From NCBI GenBank assembly GCA_963751515.1, contig CAVVUR010000013.1, positions 202,163 to 266,162 of the forward strand: 64,000 nucleotides of DNA, read 5' to 3'. Numbering within the stretch: position 1 is the first letter of the stretch; each line of letters opens with the position of its first letter. Of this stretch, positions 58,693-64,000 are shown in pieces. The stretch is from an uncultured delta proteobacterium (GTDB taxonomy: Bacteria; Desulfobacterota; WTBG01). The notes beneath the pieces are model-generated. The model made no database searches, was not told where the DNA came from, and worked only from the letters and a program-made list of their open reading frames with translations. The translations under genes were made by a program, and so were the position numbers.

Positions 58693-59788
58693 ATGGGTTT
58701 TACCTGCGGCATTGTAGGATTGCCCAATGTGGGCAAATCGACGATTTTCAACGCGCTGGCATCAGCGCAGGTGCCTGCCTCCAGCTATCCCTTCTGCACC
58801 ATCGACTGCAACAAGGGGACGGTTGCCGTTCCGGACCGGCGGTTGCAGACCATCGCGGCGATGATCAAGCCGCCCGCGGTTACCCCGACCACCATTGAAT
58901 TTGTGGATATTGCCGGCCTGGTCAAAGGCGCCAGCCGGGGGGAAGGGCTGGGAAACCAGTTTTTGGGGCACATCCGCGCGGTGGATGCCATCGCCCACGT
59001 GGTCCGCTGCTTTAAAAAGCAGGATGTTTCTCACCTCTACGGGGATCTTGATCCGGGGCGGGACATGGAGATTGTTGCCACGGAACTGATGCTGGCCGAT
59101 CTGCAGACGGTGGAAAAACGGATGGAAAAAGCGGGGAAGCTCCTGCGGGTCGGGGATAAAAAAGCGGAGGAGGAAATGGCCGTGTACCGCAAGGCGCAGT
59201 CGGGCCTGGAGCAGGGGAGGACGGTGCGAACCATGGAGTGGGACGAGCAGGAGCTTCATGTCCTGCACGAGCTCTCCCTCCTGACCGCCAAGCCGCTCCT
59301 GTATGTGGCAAATGTGGACGAGGAGGATCTCCGGGCGAAGAGCCGCTCGGCAGCCGTCGAGGAGAGGGCGCGGCGGGAACAGGCGGGGTTCGTTGTCATT
59401 TGCGGTGACCTGGAGGCCGAGATCGCGCTGCTTGAGAGCGAGGAGGAGCGGAGGGAATTTATGGCGGACATGGGACTCGCGGAATCGGGCCTGGAGCAGC
59501 TGGTTAAGGCCGGCTACGGCGTGCTCAACCTGATTACTTTTTATACCACCGTGGGCACGGAGCTGCGGGCGTGGACCGTGGCCCGGGGGACCAAAGCGCC
59601 GCAGGCCGCCGGAAAAATCCATTCCGACATGGAGCACGGCTTCATCAAGGCCGAGGTGGTGTCCTATGATGACTTTGTGAAAGCGGGCTCCCTTTCAGCT
59701 GCCCGGGAGGAAGGGCACCTGCGCCTGGAGGGAAAAGAGTATACCGTCTATGACGGGGACATTCTGCACTTCAAGTTCAGCCACGTAG
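58693..59788 (+). CDS. ychF: Redox-regulated ATPase YchF (stop lost by probable 1-nt insertion)
   Basis: GIVGLPNVGKST, DIAGLVKGAS.GEGLGNQFL, AAGKIHSD, EGKEY.V.DGDILHF; TAG at 59786-59788 is one base out of frame. Confidence 0.93.
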
Positions 59789-59793
59789 CAGCC

Positions 59794-61452
59794 TCAGCGC
59801 TCGCGATACTCCCCGAACACGCCCCGCAGCACATCCGCAATCTCACCAAGGGTCGCATAGGCCCGCACCGCATCAACAACCGGCGGCATGAGATTGGCGG
59901 TTCCCTCGGCGGCTTTTTTCAGGGCGCCGAGCGTCTCGCTTACCCGGGCGTTGTCCCGCGCTTCCTTCAGTTTCTTAAGCTTGCTTTTCTGCAGGTTTTC
60001 AACCTCGGTGCTGACCTTGAGCAGCTTGCAGACAAACGGGTCACCGGTGGTGAACTGGTTCATCCCCACAATGATCACGCTTTTTGCTTTCCACCTCTTT
60101 CTGATAGGTGTAGGCGCTGTTTGCGATTTCCTTCTGCACGTATCCCTCTTCGATGGCCCTGATCATTCCGCCCATGGCGTCAATCTTCTCAATGTAGCCC
60201 TTCGATTCCCGCTCGATGTCATTGGTAAGGGACTCCACCAGGTAGGAGCCGCCGAGGGGATCGATGGTGTCGGCCACCTCGGTTTCATAGGCCGATGATC
60301 TGCTGCGTCCGCAGGGCGAGGCTGACGGCCTCTTCGGTGGGCAGGCAGAACGCCTCATCCAAGGAGTTGGTGTGCAGGGACTGGGTGCCGCCCAGCACCG
60401 CGGCCAGCGCCTGGAAGGCGACCCGGACCACATTGTTGTAGGGCTGCTGCGCGGTGAGGGTGCAGCCCGCGGTCTGGGTGTGAAAGCGGAGCATCAGGAT
60501 GCGGGCTCTTTGGCGTTGAAGCGCTCCTTCATGATGCGGGCCCAGAGCCGCCGGGCCGCGCGGAACTTGGCGATCTCTTCGAAAAAATCGTTGTGGGCAG
60601 TTGAAGAAGAAGGAGAGCCGCTGGGCAAAGTCGTCGACATCCAGGCCCGGCCTGCATGGCCGCGTCCACATAAGCGATGCCGTCGGCCAGGGTAAAGGCC
60701 ACTTCCTGGACCGCCGTGGAGCCGGCCTCCCGGATGTGGTACCCGCTGATGCTGATGGTGTTCCACTGGGGGAGATGATCCTTGCAGAAGGCGAAGATGT
60801 CGGTGACGATTCGCATGGACGGCTGCGGCGGGTAGATGTAGGTTCCTCTGGGCGATGTATTCCTTCAGGATGTCGTTCTGAATGGTTCCGCCGGAGCTCT
60901 GCCGGGGCAACCCCCTGTTTTTCAGCAACCGCCATGTACATGGCCAGCAGGATGGCGGCGGGGGAGTTGATGGTCATGGAGGTGCTCACCTTGTCCAGGG
61001 GGATGCCGTCGAAGAGGATCTCCATGTCCCCGAGGGAGTCGATGGCCACGCCGCACTTGCCCACCTCCCCCATGGCCAGGGGATGGTCCGAGTCGTATCC
61101 GATCTGGGTGGGCAGATCAAAGGCGACGCTCAAGCCCGGTCTGTCCCTGGTCCAGGAGATACTTGTAGCGCCTGTTGGTGTCCTCGGCGGTACCGAAGCC
61201 GGAGTACTGGCGCATGGTCCAGTACCTGCCCCGGTACATGGTGGGCTGAACGCCCCGGGTGAAGGGATATTCGCCCGGGAACCCCAGCTCGGTGAGATAG
61301 TCTGTATCATTGATATCCGCAGGCGTATGCAGCCGCTTCATGGTGATCCCCGAGGTGGTGCGGAACCCCTCCGTGCGCTCGGGGAATTTCTGCAGGGACT
61401 TTTTGACGGTGGTGTTTTCCCAGCGTTCGGTCTCTTCCTTTATGCCTGCCAT
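59794..61452 (-). CDS. Methylmalonyl-CoA mutase-family large (substrate-binding) subunit; multiple frameshifts
   Basis: [70 protein letters not shown]. Confidence 0.92.
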
Positions 61453-61541
61453 GGTTCCTCCTGTCTGAATCGTTGTGGCATGGAAAATCCTCGAAGGCCG
61501 CCCTTCAAGGATCAGTACACGAGTGAACAGCCCCGCTTTCT

Positions 61542-63756
61542 TTACCAGAAGGCGCCGAGGCTGTCACGTATTTTTCTTAAGAGGGCGCTGTTGTCCGAGT
61601 GGCCGGTCATCTGCGCGGTCACCAGGCCGCGTATGGGTTTGCCCAGCAGGTAAAAGTCACCGATGAGATCAAGTATTTTGTGGCGGGCAAACTCTTCCGG
61701 GAAGCGCAGCTCGGTGTTCACCACTTTTTCATCATCGATGAGGATGCAGTTGAGCAGCTTTCCCCCGCTGGCCAGGCCGCGCTTCTGCAGTTCCCCGATG
61801 TCCTTGAGGAAGCCGAAGGTGCGCGCCGGGGCGATGAGGTCCTTAAAGGATTGAGCGTCCTTTAAGGTGAAGGTGAATTCCTGCCTGCCCACGGGGCTGG
61901 GGTAGTTGAGCAGATATTTGACGGTGAAGGCGGGGTGCGGCTCTATGGAAATATACTTGGTGTCCGGAGAGGGATCGCCGACCGCATACTTCTCCTCGAT
62001 GACGATTTCCTCGAGGGGGGCGTCCTGCTCATCGATGCCCGCCTCCTCGATAAGCTGGCAGAATTCAAGCGCCGAGCCGTCCATAATGGGGATTTCGCCG
62101 CTGATTTTGACCTGCAGGTTGCTGATGTGATAGGCATGGAGCACGGCCATGAAATGTTCGATGGTCCGGGCGAAGGTCTGCCCGCTCTTCAGGGAGGTTG
62201 CGTAGTCGGTGGATTCCACGAAGTCGAGATGGGCGGGCACGGTGTCGCTGGTGGTGATGTTGCCGAACACGATCCCGCTGTTGGGCGGCAGGGGAGACAA
62301 TATCAGCCCCGACTTCATTCCCGAATGAAGCCCCTCGCCGCTCAGGACCACGCTTTTCTTGAGCGTTCTCTGGCGGGGACCCGCCGCTGTTTTTTTGCCG
62401 GGTATCAGCTTGATGCCGAAGGTGGCTATATGTCGCTTCAGCGTGTCCTGGCGCATGCCCAGGCTCCGCGCAGTGGCGGGAATGTCGACGTTGTGCTTCT
62501 TGAGGTGGAAGATGAGAAACTCCTTTTTCCAGGCATTTTCCGCCTCCTTCATGGAAGTGTATTTGTCGAAGGCGCGCGTTTTTGAAGCGGCGAGCTCTCC
62601 CCGCATGGAAAGGGGCAGGCTTTCCAGACCGATTTTGACGGTGGTCACTACGGATGTTACCAGCCGCTCGGCAAAATTTTTAAGCTCTTTGCTGTTGCCC
62701 GGCCAGTGGTAGTTCATCAGCGCTTCCTGTGCCTCTTCATCCAGTTCTTTTACCTTCCGGCCGTGTTTTTGCGAGAACCCCTCCATGAAGAAGGTGAAAA
62801 TCTTCAGGATATCATCCTTTCGCTCCCGCAGGGGAGGCAGCACGATGGTGCCCTCCGCCAGCAGCCCATAAAGCTCCTGGTTCAACTTGCCCTCTTTGAC
62901 CATTAAGGCCGGATCGTCAATCGACGATGCCAGGATTCTCGGCTCATTTGCCCTGTCCTGTTTGCCGCCCCCCTTGCTTTTTTTCTTCTTGAGTACCTCC
63001 GCCAGCTCTTCCTGGATGGAAAGAGGCATTTCCTCGATAGTGTCCAGAAACAGGGTCCCCTTTGCCGCCCGCTCCAGCTCGCCCGCTTTTCGGACCAGGT
63101 TTTTCCTGGATGTCTGCGCTGCCGTCCCGAAAAGATTGTGGCTCATTTCTTCGGGGGAATAGATGGTGCAGCTGAATTTGATAAAGGGGTTTTTCCTCCG
63201 CGGGCTCTCGTGGTGAATGAGCCGGGCCGCAAACTCCTTGCCCGTTCCGCTCTCCCCGGTGATGAAGAGGTTTTTCCCGGTTTTGGCAAGCTTCTTTATC
63301 TCCTTCTTGACCTGCATGATGGGGAGGCTTTCACCGATGAAATCGTCCGGCTCCTCGATCGCCGGCTCCACCTCCTCGGCCCTGCCCCTTTTTTGTTCCA
63401 GGGCGCTGTGAATGACGGAGAAAATGGAGTCCAGGGAAAGTGGTTTTTCCAGAAAGTCAAATGCACCGAGCTTGATGGCCTGCGATGGCGGTATTCATGG
63501 TCCCGTGTCCGGTCATGATCACCACGTCGAGGTTCTGGTCATATTCCTTGATGGCCTTGAGGGTTTCCATGCCGTCCATCCCCGGGAGCCAGATGTCAAG
63601 AAAAACCAGTTCGGGATTTTCCGAGCGGACTTTCTCCATGGCCTCCTGCCCGTCCTTGGCGGTGAGCACTTCATAATCCTCATCTTCCAGGCTTCCCTTC
63701 ATGGTTTGAAGGATCTTTTCTTCGTCATCGACAATCAGCAGCTTCACTCGTTTCAT
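61542..63756 (-). CDS. lpxC: NtrX-like response regulator (REC, degenerate AAA+, HTH) fused to LpxC; frameshift near 63480
   Basis: REC VDDE/LDIWLP; GESGTGKE; WPGN; then QRTL...[28 protein letters not shown]. Confidence 0.85.
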
Positions 63757-63765
63757 TACCTCTCC

Positions 63766-64000
63766 TTACATCCTGACCGGCAGCTCGATAATAAATTTGG
63801 TTCCCCGGGGATAATTGTCCCTGACCCTGATGTAGCCGTTGTGGTCGGAAATGATGGTGCTCACGATTGACAGGCCAAGGCCCATATTTGACTTTTTGGT
63901 GGAAAAGTAGGGCTCGAAGAGCTTTTCCCGCGTGCCGTGGGGTATGCCGCAGCCGGTGTCGGCTATCTCGATCCGGGCAATGTTAAATATGTGGTCATGG
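63766..64000 (-). CDS. C-terminus of sensor histidine kinase (NtrY-like), truncated by window
   Basis: IADTGCGI...LFEPYFSTK...GLGLSIV...DHNG...GTKFIIELP. Confidence 0.88.
   Translation of the reverse strand, partial: HDHIFNIARIEIADTGCGIPHGTREKLFEPYFSTKKSNMGLGLSIVSTIISDHNGYIRVRDNYPRGTKFIIELPVRM

Noticed and set aside
59789-60162. C-terminal extension of YchF overlapping the mutase
   Set aside because: YchF similarity ends at HFKF, a TAG lies one base out of frame, and the extension is antisense to the mutase gene.
58762-62712. Long antisense ORFs (e.g. 58762-59637, 60601-61653, 61935-62585)
   Set aside because: Shadows of GC-rich genes on the opposite strand with no recognisable motifs.

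Overview
Bacterial chromosomal window, probably from a Desulfobacterota/deltaproteobacterium-like anaerobe (inferred from gene content). The backbone holds housekeeping and envelope genes: aldo/keto reductase, focA, galU, priA, yqeY, HU, ychF, methylmalonyl-CoA mutase, a KamA/ATP-grasp/GNAT operon and several Cys-rich cohesin/dockerin-like secreted proteins. An ~18.9 kb AT-rich island (15169-34032) is integrated in tRNA-Arg(ACG). It duplicates the 5' half of the tRNA and carries a tyrosine integrase, a family-A DNA polymerase module, a serine recombinase, a toxin-antitoxin pair and an IS. It also carries a tandem-duplicated array of single-gene cassettes, each preceded by a conserved 18-bp site (AAACGGCGTGGTTTGTAA) whose flanks are shuffled between copies. 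Other highlights: two probable selenoproteins missed by the ORF track (DsbA-like UPYC; DUF1573-like GUGC), an NtrX-like regulator fused to LpxC, and a ~220-nt candidate structured RNA closed by a perfect 24-bp stem. Many conserved genes carry single-base frameshifts, probably sequencing or assembly indels. All family assignments come from motif recognition by eye; no searches were run.
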